A DNA stretch of 64,000 bases from the IMG/VR virus record IMGVR_UViG_3300001848_000317; one strand, given 5' to 3'. How positions within the stretch are numbered: position 1 is the first letter of the stretch; each line of letters begins with the position of its first letter. This document shows, in pieces, positions 37,723 to 46,235 of the stretch. A program made the translations under genes and the position numbers. This stretch comes from a virus. Below the pieces are notes generated by a model, which worked only from the letters and a program-made list of their open reading frames with translations, searched no databases and was not told the origin of the DNA.

Positions 37723-38268
37723 GTGATTGCATATCCAGGCGGTGACGCTTACATATACCTAGACGTCACGAGAAACGGCGAGCCGGTTGTCACCGAAACC
37801 CAACCGATGATTGTCGCTCTCATCCACGACGGTTTCAACATGCTCGCAAATCCCGTTGTTATGGGCAATCTCGATGTCGGTCTTTATGTCGGTGCTATAC
37901 CTATCCCGCCGAGTGCCCCGCAGGGTAACTATTTGGCGGTGATGCAGTTCCGGCGGTTGGGCAAGGACCGCCGTGAGACAGTCTACATCGATGTTGTGAA
38001 AGATGCGTCGTCGACACTCACCCCGATCATCAACTCCGTCAGGGATTTTGTCGAAGCACTCCTACCACAGAACACCCGTTACGAGTTTGTCCGCGCCGAG
38101 CAGAACGTACCTGCCAGGAACGTCGCCGCCGGTCGGTTGGACAAGATCAAGTTCATGCACAAGCACCCTGCCGATCAAGATTACACGACGCCGGTTGCTC
38201 AAGGTGAACGGTTGTTCGTCTACGAGACAGTCGGTGATGTCAACCCGATCATCGTGGAGGGCATGTAA
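37723..38268 (+). CDS. hypothetical protein (181 aa), possible Ig-like virion-associated domain
   Basis: GTG start. PQGNYLAVMQFRRLGKDRRETVYIDVV resembles the G.Y...f.i.V ending of BppU_N/DUF2479-type Ig domains. This is weak evidence. Confidence 0.45.
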   Translation: MIAYPGGDAYIYLDVTRNGEPVVTETQPMIVALIHDGFNMLANPVVMGNLDVGLYVGAIPIPPSAPQGNYLAVMQFRRLGKDRRETVYIDVVKDASSTLTPIINSVRDFVEALLPQNTRYEFVRAEQNVPARNVAAGRLDKIKFMHKHPADQDYTTPVAQGERLFVYETVGDVNPIIVEGM

Positions 38269-38393
38269 TGGACATCGGTGCATTCACCATCGCAACCGAA
38301 GGATTCATCAACTACACCAGTGCCGACTCACCGCCTGTTGAACTCGAGATCGCCGGTCACGACATCGAACTGCTGTTTGTTGAGGATACCTGA
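38268..38393 (+). CDS. possible 41-aa micro-ORF
   Basis: Below the ORF-track cutoff. The ATG overlaps the upstream stop (TAATG) and its stop overlaps the next ATG (TGATG). The peptide is MDIGAFTIATEGFINYTSADSPPVELEIAGHDIELLFVEDT. Confidence 0.3.
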   Translation: MDIGAFTIATEGFINYTSADSPPVELEIAGHDIELLFVEDT

Positions 38394-38734
38394 TGTCCTG
38401 TATCACACGAGTCTATTACAAGGGTGACCGTCGACCCAGTTTGAAACTGAAGTTGGTTACCCGTGATGTCACCGGTAACGTCATACCGGTTGACCTATCG
38501 ACGGCAGCCTCGGTTACCTTCTCCATGTCGAAGTCTGGTAAGGATGGGGTGGCTCTGTTCACCAACAACATGACCATCCTCGAAGCGATCAACGGTATCG
38601 TTGTCTACCTGTGGCAAGACGGTGATCTCGGGACCGTCGGTAAGTACCGCGGTTGGATCACCGTCAACTGGACAGGCACGGAGAGGGAGACGAAGGGCGA
38701 TCTTGAGATAACGGTCAAGCAACGCCCTGCCTAG
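38393..38734 (+). CDS. Ig-like (BppU_N/DUF2479-like) protein
   Basis: PVDLSTAASVTFSMSKSGKDG...ILEAINGIVVYLWQDGDLGTVGKYRGWITVNW...DLEITV fits the pattern of this phage Ig-like domain. Confidence 0.45.
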   Translation: MSCITRVYYKGDRRPSLKLKLVTRDVTGNVIPVDLSTAASVTFSMSKSGKDGVALFTNNMTILEAINGIVVYLWQDGDLGTVGKYRGWITVNWTGTERETKGDLEITVKQRPA

Positions 38735-38738
38735 TGTG

Positions 38739-39644
38739 CTACTCTAGGTTCGCTTCCTGCCACGGGACGCTCACACCCAGCCGTGCAGCCTTGGATTCAA
38801 ACTCCATGCGCTCACGGCTGTGCTTCTTTAACCACCCAAATGAGTGTGCTTTGTCCATAGCTTCGCTCTGAGTACGGGATGCCAGGATCGCAACGTCCAA
38901 CCGGGTGAGGGTCACCGCATCCAACCGGTAATCCACGAAGGCTTGCCATGTCTCGGGCATCCACTCGCTGACGATCTCGGCAATCGCCTCGGCATATACC
39001 CGGATCTCCTGCTGAGCATGGTCGTCCATCCGCAGTGACAGGAAGTGCAGCAGGTTGTGGACGTCAATCTTCCAGTAGAACTCGGTGTAGGTTGATAGAG
39101 GTAGGGCAATGCGGGCCTGCTCACGGGCGACACCCTTGTCGATTGCAATCGTGTAGGTGTCCTTGATCGACGAGAACAGATCGGTGTATTCCGAGTCGAT
39201 CATAAAGCCCAGCTGATGGGCACCGTCACTACCCTGCTTGTTCGTCGTCGACTGTGTGCGCCACCCTTCAGCACCGGGCAGGTAGAACTCGTCCTTGATC
39301 ACGGAGTACCGACCGCTTACCTCGTTCAGCGAGGCTGTTCTGTGACGAATCCACTGACGTGCCACAAAGATCGGCATCTTCAAATGGAGCTTGATTTCGC
39401 ACTGTTCAAAGGGGCTGGTGTGCCGGTGCCGCATCAAGTAACGGATCAGGTTGCGGTTGTCACTTACCCGGCTGGTGCCTGGGCCGTAGCTGACACGGGC
39501 GGCATCGACTACAGCCGTGTCGTCACCCATCCAATCTACAAGTCGGACGAATCCATGGTCGAGAACCGGGATCGGTTCTTGGAAGGCTTTGTGCCAGGGG
39601 TTCGTTGCTTTGGTTGCCGTGATTTCTTCGGTGTCGGTAGGCAC
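38739..39644 (-). CDS. thyX: FAD-dependent thymidylate synthase ThyX
   Basis: The ThyX signature RHRHTSPFEQ (RHRxxS) is present, plus ARQWIRHR and LRMDDHAQQEIR. The GTG start has an upstream GAGGATGA. Confidence 0.93.
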   Translation of the reverse strand: MPTDTEEITATKATNPWHKAFQEPIPVLDHGFVRLVDWMGDDTAVVDAARVSYGPGTSRVSDNRNLIRYLMRHRHTSPFEQCEIKLHLKMPIFVARQWIRHRTASLNEVSGRYSVIKDEFYLPGAEGWRTQSTTNKQGSDGAHQLGFMIDSEYTDLFSSIKDTYTIAIDKGVAREQARIALPLSTYTEFYWKIDVHNLLHFLSLRMDDHAQQEIRVYAEAIAEIVSEWMPETWQAFVDYRLDAVTLTRLDVAILASRTQSEAMDKAHSFGWLKKHSRERMEFESKAARLGVSVPWQEANLE

Positions 39645-39808
39645 GGTTGATCATCCTCACAGTCGTGACGGTCATGTCGGTTGGGGTCGTAATCGAAATC
39701 GCTGGCATCCACCGTATTGACGGCAATGTAACCAGCGTCACTGTAAATCCAGGTTGCTTTCCTGCCGCAGATCGGGCAGTTTCCGGTCATCGGTGCTGGT
39801 CTGCTCAC
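39536..39808 (-). CDS. small Cys-containing protein (zinc-ribbon-like); 3' end overlaps thyX by 109 nt
   Basis: The peptide is MTGNCPICGRKATWIYSDAGYIAVNTVDASDFDYDPNRHDRHDCEDDQP... The start (GTG at 39808 or ATG at 39790) is uncertain, and so is the true 3' end. Confidence 0.4.
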   Translation of the reverse strand: MSRPAPMTGNCPICGRKATWIYSDAGYIAVNTVDASDFDYDPNRHDRHDCEDDQPCLPTPKKSRQPKQRTPGTKPSKNRSRFSTMDSSDL

Positions 39809-40115
39809 TTGTGCCGCCGTTCATTGCGAATCCTCGCTGAATGATACGACGGTAACGGTGCAGTTCAGAAGTCAGCCAGCACCAACTCCGGTAGATCGTG
39901 GACGAAACCCAGCCCATTCGCTTCAGGCTGGCTAGATGGTGCGGTTGGTCCACCCATCCACGGACTCGGTACAGGTTGCCGCTCAAGTTCACCACGTCTC
40001 CGACGACCTTGCTCGGTGGAATATAGGCGTCCACGGTACTTAACCGGATAGCCCGTCGTATGGTGAGCCTTCCGAAGGGCCATAAGTTTAAGACTAACTC
40101 CCTGCGATTGGGCAT
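39738..40115 (-). CDS. hypothetical protein (125 aa)
   Basis: ORF track 39738..40175 trimmed to the ATG at 40113-40115, with GAGGAG 7 nt upstream. Third-codon positions are GC-rich across ~39880-40035 in this frame. Confidence 0.5.
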   Translation of the reverse strand: MPNRRELVLNLWPFGRLTIRRAIRLSTVDAYIPPSKVVGDVVNLSGNLYRVRGWVDQPHHLASLKRMGWVSSTIYRSWCWLTSELHRYRRIIQRGFAMNGGTSEQTSTDDRKLPDLRQESNLDLQ

Positions 40116-40245
40116 CGTTGATCTCCTCGGCGGTGAGCACCACCGGAAGCTGTCTGCCGCCGGTGATGCTCGCAAGAAACATCCGCTTATCTCGCCAGGG
40201 GTACAACGTCTCCCTTACAGCGTAGATGTGCGGCTCGTTATCCAT
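39865..40245 (-). CDS. hypothetical protein; only the first ~44 codons look coding, the rest overlaps 39738..40115 out of frame
   Basis: The ATG overlaps the upstream stop (ATGGATAA). GC3 is high up to ~40115, then drops exactly where the other frame gains an SD and ATG. Confidence 0.35.
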   Translation of the reverse strand: MDNEPHIYAVRETLYPWRDKRMFLASITGGRQLPVVLTAEEINDAQSQGVSLKLMALRKAHHTTGYPVKYRGRLYSTEQGRRRRGELERQPVPSPWMGGPTAPSSQPEANGLGFVHDLPELVLADF

Positions 40246-41770
40246 CCAAGAGTGCCCGTTTAGCTTCCTCGATGGCCTTCAGCCTCGCCCGGAGTGACGC
40301 TTCCTCCGCTTCCTCCGCTGCCAGATGCTGAGCGATCTGCTGTTTGACCAATGTCAGTTCGCTTTCCAGTTCCTTTCGCTTTTGTAACAGGGTCGACAGG
40401 GACAAGATAGGAGCGGATGTATTCGAAGGCGTCGTATGGGATGTAGTATCGCCAGCCGTCGATGTGCCGTTGACGGAGGATGTTGTAGAACCAATCGACG
40501 TCGTGAGAATGGCAGCTTGCACAGCCGCCTCTGCCGACAACGGAGCTGTAATCGAAGAAGGTGTGGTCATCATGCTCTCCGGTAATTTCTCCGGGGACAG
40601 CAAGTCGAGTCTGTTGCTTTCGACCGTCGACGGAAGTTCGTGCAGCGACACGCTGTCCTCCGGTTGGGGCGCAATCGACACGGTAGGATTGGAAGCGGGA
40701 ATAGAAGAGGAAACTGGACTCGTTTCGGCAGTCGTTACAGATAGGCATGCCGCCTCCTTTGGGAACTGGATGTCGTGCGGCACTCTCATCAACCGCTCGT
40801 ATAAATTGTACGGCGTGTCACGCTCAGCGTGAGCAGCAGCAACGAACCGCGGATGCTCCAGTAACCGTTCGAGGGTGATGCTCGGGATGTCCTGGGTGAT
40901 GGAGTTCACGACGTTCTTGACGTCGGCTTTTAGTCTGGCGGTGAGCTTGGCCGGTTTGGTATCCGGCTGAACAGTATCAGGCTGTACCGTTTCCATGCTA
41001 TCGGTGTACGACAGGGCAGACTGGACGGTGTTGATAACGACGGTGTCAGGGGTCAAGCGGTTCATCTCCATCATCAGGCCAACATCACCCTGACTTACCA
41101 GGGCTTTCGCTTCGGCCAATAGGCTAGGATCGGCGGACTTCGGATTAAGCAGGGACTGGACCATCATCTTGCGGCGCTCGATGATGGCTTCACCGGCGGT
41201 CAGTTCTTTCTCTACCGGTTTGGGTTCCAGCATCAGCGGTTCGGTGTCATCCACAATCGGGTCAGCTTGGCTTAGCACTTCGACCGCTCGATTGCCAATC
41301 AGGTTCTTGAGGTAGACGTACTGATCCTCGGTGCTGACCGGCAAAGCGCGGATGTCATCCTTGGTAATGAGCGGTGACTGCTTCATCGTATGAATGTCGG
41401 CACGCATCTTGTCGAGTGCGGTGGGTTCCGCCATGTCATGGGGCGGTGCTTCCCAACCCTCGTCAGCCAGACCATCGTTGTAGTGCAGGCTGAGTAGGGT
41501 GGGATACTTGCCGTTCGTGAGTTCGGCAACAAACTGCTTCAGTGTCCGGTACAGGGACTGGAGCGGTTTGACCTGTGACAGGTCGCCGGCTTCACTGTGG
41601 TGAACGGCAACCTTGAATAACTGGGTGGTGATCTTCGGGTTTCGGGTGGCCAGCATCTTAATATCTTCAGCCAGCCACTCCGCTTCCTGGTTACGTTCGC
41701 TCTTGCTGACGTCGAGCATCTGTTGGATGCCTTGGGGAATACCTTGGTAGATGGTGTCGGTTGGGCTCAT
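40238..41770 (-). CDS. hypothetical protein (510 aa) with Ser/Thr-rich linker and C-terminal coiled coil
   Basis: ORF track 40238..41806 trimmed to the ATG at 41768-41770 (GAGGAGGAG upstream). It has an S/T/P-rich low-complexity stretch and LLQKRKELESELTLVKQQIAQHLAAEEAEEASLRARLKAIEEAKRAL. Confidence 0.6.
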   Translation of the reverse strand: MSPTDTIYQGIPQGIQQMLDVSKSERNQEAEWLAEDIKMLATRNPKITTQLFKVAVHHSEAGDLSQVKPLQSLYRTLKQFVAELTNGKYPTLLSLHYNDGLADEGWEAPPHDMAEPTALDKMRADIHTMKQSPLITKDDIRALPVSTEDQYVYLKNLIGNRAVEVLSQADPIVDDTEPLMLEPKPVEKELTAGEAIIERRKMMVQSLLNPKSADPSLLAEAKALVSQGDVGLMMEMNRLTPDTVVINTVQSALSYTDSMETVQPDTVQPDTKPAKLTARLKADVKNVVNSITQDIPSITLERLLEHPRFVAAAHAERDTPYNLYERLMRVPHDIQFPKEAACLSVTTAETSPVSSSIPASNPTVSIAPQPEDSVSLHELPSTVESNRLDLLSPEKLPESMMTTPSSITAPLSAEAAVQAAILTTSIGSTTSSVNGTSTAGDTTSHTTPSNTSAPILSLSTLLQKRKELESELTLVKQQIAQHLAAEEAEEASLRARLKAIEEAKRALLDG

Positions 41771-41783
41771 CGGGTTCTCCTCC

Positions 41784-42068
41784 TCAATACATGGCGTATG
41801 GCTCAAGGCTGACGCACATCAGGTTACGATCTGCGCCGTCCACCTTGGTCAACTCAAAGAACGGACGTTCTCTCAGGGCAATCTTGCCGGATACCAGATA
41901 CGCACGGGCGGCAGCCAGTGCTTTACCGGCGGTATGGATCGCCGCCGCACCGAGACAGCTAAGCATCACATCGTCCTGATCCCGAATGGATTTGGCGATG
42001 GCACCAGCCAACTTGGTGACGTCAGTGTGCCCACTGACCAGCAGCGTTTTCTTCTTACGGTCGCTCAT
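41784..42068 (-). CDS. spoVS: SpoVS-like (Alba-fold) small nucleic-acid-binding protein
   Basis: LLVSGHTDVTKLAGAIAKSIRDQDDVMLSCLGAAAIHTAGKALAAARAYL...FFELTKVDG matches the SpoVS pattern (lkVs..s.p..vAGAIa..lre...v.i.aiGagAvnqAvKAiAiARgyl). Confidence 0.7.
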   Translation of the reverse strand: MSDRKKKTLLVSGHTDVTKLAGAIAKSIRDQDDVMLSCLGAAAIHTAGKALAAARAYLVSGKIALRERPFFELTKVDGADRNLMCVSLEPYAMY

Positions 42069-42077
42069 TGACCCTCC

Positions 42078-42914
42078 TCACATGACCTGTCGGAATAGCC
42101 AAGCATCTTTGTTGAATGACGCGAGAGACACATGGCCAACCTTCTGAAGCATTTCGGAAGGGTCTTTGTATGGGAGCTGTGTGTATGCGACGTCGAATCC
42201 TAGTGTAGTCCACCGCTTGGTCTGTTTCAAAGACAGGTGGTCGTTATCGACGACGACGATCACCCTTGCTCCGGTTCGCCGCAGGGCACGGACCTGACTG
42301 TCACTCATGTTCCACCCCAACCGACCAACGGTTGGGTATCCTTCCTGGTTCATGACGAAGGTATCGATCAAACCCTCGGCTACATACAGCTCTCGGATCG
42401 GATAGCGGTTCATGTGGTAACCGACGAGGATCTCGGACTTCTGAATACCGGTGTCGTTCAGGTATAGCTTGGTATCGGTTCGACGTCGGACGTACCCGGC
42501 GAGGTTCCCGTCGTAATCATGGACCGGTGCGTACACACAATCCGTCTCGCTGTCATGCCCAAGCCCGTACTTGTAGATGGTGGACAGCTTCAGCCCACGG
42601 CTCAGCCAGTACGGGTGGATGGTTGTCTTACGACGGCGAGCGGTGGACTTTGTCGTGGTGAAGTTGCGGCTGAATGCAATCCGATTGGCGGTGACCGCCG
42701 CACTGACCATGTCCATCTTCTCGATCAGACCGATAATCTCGATCCAACCGGCACGGAATCCACAGGAGAAGCACTGACCGTACCCGGTTTCCAGGTAGAT
42801 ACCGAAGGACGGTCGGGTGTCCACATGATCGGGGCTCAAGCACATGGTGTTGAACCAGCCTTTGGACGACACCTTGCCTTCAAGTCGACCGACGAGATAC
42901 TCCTCGATGTTCAT
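42078..42914 (-). CDS. dnaG: DNA primase (CHC2 zinc finger + TOPRIM)
   Basis: The zinc finger is CLSPDHVDTRPSFGIYLETGYGQCFSCGFRAG. The TOPRIM residues are Glu in LYVAEGLIDTF and DxD in VIVVVDNDH. Confidence 0.85.
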   Translation of the reverse strand: MNIEEYLVGRLEGKVSSKGWFNTMCLSPDHVDTRPSFGIYLETGYGQCFSCGFRAGWIEIIGLIEKMDMVSAAVTANRIAFSRNFTTTKSTARRRKTTIHPYWLSRGLKLSTIYKYGLGHDSETDCVYAPVHDYDGNLAGYVRRRTDTKLYLNDTGIQKSEILVGYHMNRYPIRELYVAEGLIDTFVMNQEGYPTVGRLGWNMSDSQVRALRRTGARVIVVVDNDHLSLKQTKRWTTLGFDVAYTQLPYKDPSEMLQKVGHVSLASFNKDAWLFRQVM

Positions 42915-42917
42915 CGG

Positions 42918-44141
42918 TTACCAGCCCTTCGGTCCAGTGATGTCAACGTCGTTGTCGCCGGTGTAACTCATCGGCGGCGGTGCCTTGGCGATCTCTTCGA
43001 CACGGCTGAGGGCCGGGTTGTAGTCCAGCGGGACTTCACCGTGCATCTCACCGGTACGGTTCTTCTCAACGATCAGCATCTTCACGTCGGTGGGTGTCTT
43101 GGGATTGGGGGATACCCGGATCACCTTGGTCGCATCTTCGTAGATGGCCCGACCGTACTTGAGTTGTCCCTTGTCATCTTCCTGGCTGAGCATGATGACC
43201 GGTACACCCCGGATAGCGAACTGCCGTGCCTCGGTTGTGGCCGGCGCGATGTCCTTCCACTCACGGCTGGCAGCGAACAGGGTCAACTGGTCAATCACCA
43301 CGATGTCGATGTTGTGCTTTGTCACCAGATTGGCGACGGTTGCCATGCTCTTGGGTTCGAGCCGGTCCTCGACGATACACTCACCGTAACCATCGGACAT
43401 GATCAGTGACCGGAGTTGGTCCTGCATTTCCAACAGCTTGCCCGGTGGCAGTTCGTACCGCAGGTATTGCTTGGCGGCGACCCCTGCATCCATGGCGTGC
43501 ATCTGCATCACCTCGATGTCCTTGGGGTTCTCGAGGGTGACCGACAGAACCCGCTTGCCCTGGCGCAGGAAACTGGAGATGAAGCGGCGCTTCACGGTGG
43601 ATTTACCGGAGGATGACTTGCCGTACAGCACGATGTAATCACCCTGCTCCACCCCGTTGGTGATCTCGTCCAGGGTGGGCAGACCGAAGGTAGCAACCCT
43701 CGGTTTGTAGTCAGCGTTCAGCTTCTCGAAGATGCTGTGCATCGTCTGTTCGAAGTCCGCAGCGTAGGCGAATGCTCGCGCACCGGCGTTGGCAATATCT
43801 CGGATTTGATATAAACCACGCTCCAGAATATCGATGCCGTCGCTGGACTTACCGGATGTGGCAATAGCGTCGGACACCTTCTTGACCAGTGGACCGAGCG
43901 ACCGCTTGTAGAAGTTCTCCAGCAGTTGATCGCTGATGTCGGGCCATGCCTGCAAGTCGGTCAGGTCCGCACCGAACATGCTGTCGAGATGCTCGTCACT
44001 CGGCATCTGGTTGTTGGATAGGCGGTAACCGCCGATCCACTTCAATGCGGTGAGGGCCTGCTCGTCCAACAGAGCGACGGGAATGTCCTGCCCTCTGAGA
44101 TAATGCCTCAATGCCTGGGAGGCAACCCAATCCAAAGCCAT
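42918..44141 (-). CDS. dnaB: replicative DNA helicase (DnaB family)
   Basis: Walker A is LYGKSSSGKST and Walker B is IDIVVIDQLTLF. IMLSQ is followed by an Arg-finger region. It is adjacent to the primase. Confidence 0.85.
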   Translation of the reverse strand: MALDWVASQALRHYLRGQDIPVALLDEQALTALKWIGGYRLSNNQMPSDEHLDSMFGADLTDLQAWPDISDQLLENFYKRSLGPLVKKVSDAIATSGKSSDGIDILERGLYQIRDIANAGARAFAYAADFEQTMHSIFEKLNADYKPRVATFGLPTLDEITNGVEQGDYIVLYGKSSSGKSTVKRRFISSFLRQGKRVLSVTLENPKDIEVMQMHAMDAGVAAKQYLRYELPPGKLLEMQDQLRSLIMSDGYGECIVEDRLEPKSMATVANLVTKHNIDIVVIDQLTLFAASREWKDIAPATTEARQFAIRGVPVIMLSQEDDKGQLKYGRAIYEDATKVIRVSPNPKTPTDVKMLIVEKNRTGEMHGEVPLDYNPALSRVEEIAKAPPPMSYTGDNDVDITGPKGW

Positions 44142-44842
44142 CAGAACCTCCCGAGTGTGAACACTTCCGTGTCAGCGACGACGTTGCGGACCATGTTCAG
44201 ACTGTCTTTATCTTGATAAACACCTAGAATAGGAATGCCGGTTGTGTGTAGTGCCTTGACGGCGTACCGTGCCGTGCGTTGATCCGCATCGGAGAACTTG
44301 TGCATCGGATCGAAGTTGGCGACCACCGAGAAATAGTTGTGACGGTTCAACCTGCTGCTGAAGATACTGCCGGGTAACAACATGCCGCCACGACGAAGCT
44401 CGTGGTACTCAGCACTGTCGGTTTCTTTCAGCCACTCGACGGCGTCGTTCAGTGCGAGTAGTGGGAAGGGACACAGTGATCCAAGGCTGGACACCACTTC
44501 GAATGGCATGGTGTCCGACCCGGTGAATGTCTTGAACTTGGTAGCGATGTGCTCCAGTAGGACATGGATGTTGCCGGCGCTACTCTCCAGTGCACCGATC
44601 AACGGCACACGGTGAGACTGTCCAATCCACATGGCGAACAGGAACAGGTCGAGGCTGTCATCTAGGTAGGGGCAACTCTCCAACAGGGCGTGCAGTTTGG
44701 TTGGGTTATTGCTCTTGTCGAAGGCTTGCCGAAGATACTCCTTCAGCTTTCCGGTTGATTCCTTTTCCCGTTTCGTTTGTTTCGGTTGTGGTTCTTCGGC
44801 ACCTCTGCGGAGGACTCGGTCCTCCTCATCACGATGTTTCAT
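44141..44842 (-). CDS. hypothetical protein (233 aa), possible helicase-associated factor
   Basis: ORF track 44141..45022 trimmed to the ATG at 44840-44842, which overlaps the upstream stop (ATGA). The longer His/Arg-rich extension was rejected. Confidence 0.55.
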   Translation of the reverse strand: MKHRDEEDRVLRRGAEEPQPKQTKREKESTGKLKEYLRQAFDKSNNPTKLHALLESCPYLDDSLDLFLFAMWIGQSHRVPLIGALESSAGNIHVLLEHIATKFKTFTGSDTMPFEVVSSLGSLCPFPLLALNDAVEWLKETDSAEYHELRRGGMLLPGSIFSSRLNRHNYFSVVANFDPMHKFSDADQRTARYAVKALHTTGIPILGVYQDKDSLNMVRNVVADTEVFTLGRF

Positions 44843-45147
44843 CGGTTGGTTAGCTCCATGTATCGGTCGAGAGTGATGACGATGAGATCGACAGGTTTGC
44901 GGTTGACATCTGCCAGACGCACAGCCATCACTGGCTCTCGTCCTACGGTGGTGGCTTCGTCGGTGATCTTGTTCCATCGGTCGACGCCGACAGAATAGCT
45001 CTTGGATCGAGTGGCTTTGCATTCCACCAGTTCGGTGTCGGTGATGACATCACCCTTGCTGTGCCACTGCGAACCGGAACCGCTGACCCGCTGACCCATC
45101 AAGGCCATGGCGATGGCCTTTTCATGGCGGTCAGCGATGTCATTCAT
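44839..45147 (-). CDS. PD-(D/E)XK family nuclease (Hjc/RecB-like, putative resolvase)
   Basis: GDVITDTELVECKAT gives the D...E-x-K core, with an upstream E/H. It is 102 aa, with SD GGAGGA. Confidence 0.5.
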   Translation of the reverse strand: MNDIADRHEKAIAMALMGQRVSGSGSQWHSKGDVITDTELVECKATRSKSYSVGVDRWNKITDEATTVGREPVMAVRLADVNRKPVDLIVITLDRYMELTNR

Positions 45148-46225
45148 TATCGAGTTCCTCCGGTGCGACCTCGATGGTGGCGGTACGCCGCTGCATGATC
45201 ATTTCGTACAGCGCATCCTGCACATCGGGGTGGTTGCGGATCTCGGTAACGAACCGGTCGGTACCTTGTGCCCGCAATTCACGCCCATCGTGCGTGAAAC
45301 TCAGCCATGCGCCGGCACGGGAAATGCACTGGTGCTTCAGTCCCAGCTTCGTTAGCTCATCGGCACGGTCGATACCCTGACCGAAGTAGTAGAGCATCTC
45401 GCCGGTCTTGCCGTTGGAGGCCAGCTTGTTCTTAATCATCCGAGTACGGATAGCAAGGCCCACCAATTCCTTCTTGTCACCGTCGCCGTCCCACAGCTTG
45501 ATGCCCTTGACCTCGATCCGTACCTGACAGTTGTGCTTCCAGGCCCAACCGCCAGTTGTTTCGTACACCTGGGCACCCGGAGCGGAGTAACCCATGGCCG
45601 CACGGACCTGATTGATGCAGATCAGAGCGGCGCCCTGGGTGACCACGTTGAACTTGGAGGTGAACGGCTTCATCAGGTTGGCAATCGACTTCACCTTCTG
45701 CTCACCGATCTCGTCCTTCTCCACCACCCGTTCCAACTCCAGGGTGGCAATGCTGTCGATGACGATCAGACCGACCCGTTCATCTTCAGCGCAGCGGCAA
45801 GCCAAGTTCATCGCCATCTCAGCGGTATCCCTGCCGTAGATCAGGTTGTCGACGTCCACCCCCTGCTTCGCCATCCAGGCAAGGGTGACCGTCTCGTCGA
45901 CGGATCGTTCCGTGTCGAAGTAGACAACCAGTTTGCCGGTTTGCTGTACCTGCCGGATGATCTGGTAGACCAGCAGGGACTTACCGGAGGATGGTGGTCC
46001 GTAGATTTCGTAGATTTTGTTGGGCATCAGGCCCCTCGTACCGAGTGCCCAGTCGAGGGTGACCGATCCGGTTGGTATCGGTTCACTGTGGTTCACAACC
46101 TGTGCCGCCACACCGAACACACGGGCGTCGGGGAACTGCTTCTTCATCGCTTCGATCAGCGACTTGGCTTCCGACTTGGTGCCGGTTGGGTAAGCGATTG
46201 TTTCTACTGTCTGCTTGCGTGCCAT
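45140..46225 (-). CDS. recA: RecA recombinase
   Basis: ORF trimmed to the ATG at 46223-46225 (AAGGAG upstream). TGSVTLDWALG..G....IYEIYGPPSSGKS, VIDSIATL, ICINQVR, TTGG.A.K and ISRAGAWLSF are collinear with bacterial RecA. Confidence 0.9.
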   Translation of the reverse strand: MARKQTVETIAYPTGTKSEAKSLIEAMKKQFPDARVFGVAAQVVNHSEPIPTGSVTLDWALGTRGLMPNKIYEIYGPPSSGKSLLVYQIIRQVQQTGKLVVYFDTERSVDETVTLAWMAKQGVDVDNLIYGRDTAEMAMNLACRCAEDERVGLIVIDSIATLELERVVEKDEIGEQKVKSIANLMKPFTSKFNVVTQGAALICINQVRAAMGYSAPGAQVYETTGGWAWKHNCQVRIEVKGIKLWDGDGDKKELVGLAIRTRMIKNKLASNGKTGEMLYYFGQGIDRADELTKLGLKHQCISRAGAWLSFTHDGRELRAQGTDRFVTEIRNHPDVQDALYEMIMQRRTATIEVAPEELDNE

Positions 46226-46235
46226 GGTTAGCTCC

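Noticed and set aside
38734-38739. A 4-nt gap between the convergent 38393..38734 (+) gene and thyX (-), considered as a possible antisense-regulation site.
   Set aside because: It is noted, but there is no sequence feature (hairpin, promoter) to support a specific mechanism. It is folded into the gene-island finding instead.
44843-45022. A 60-codon His/Arg/Cys-rich N-terminal extension of the 44141 ORF. Similar extensions occur at 46226..46318, 57625..57789, 59558..59647, 37558..37710, 63474..63506 and 63800..63853.
   Set aside because: These extensions overlap the upstream gene out of frame and have atypical compositions. In each case a downstream in-frame ATG has a strong GGAGG-type SD or start/stop coupling.
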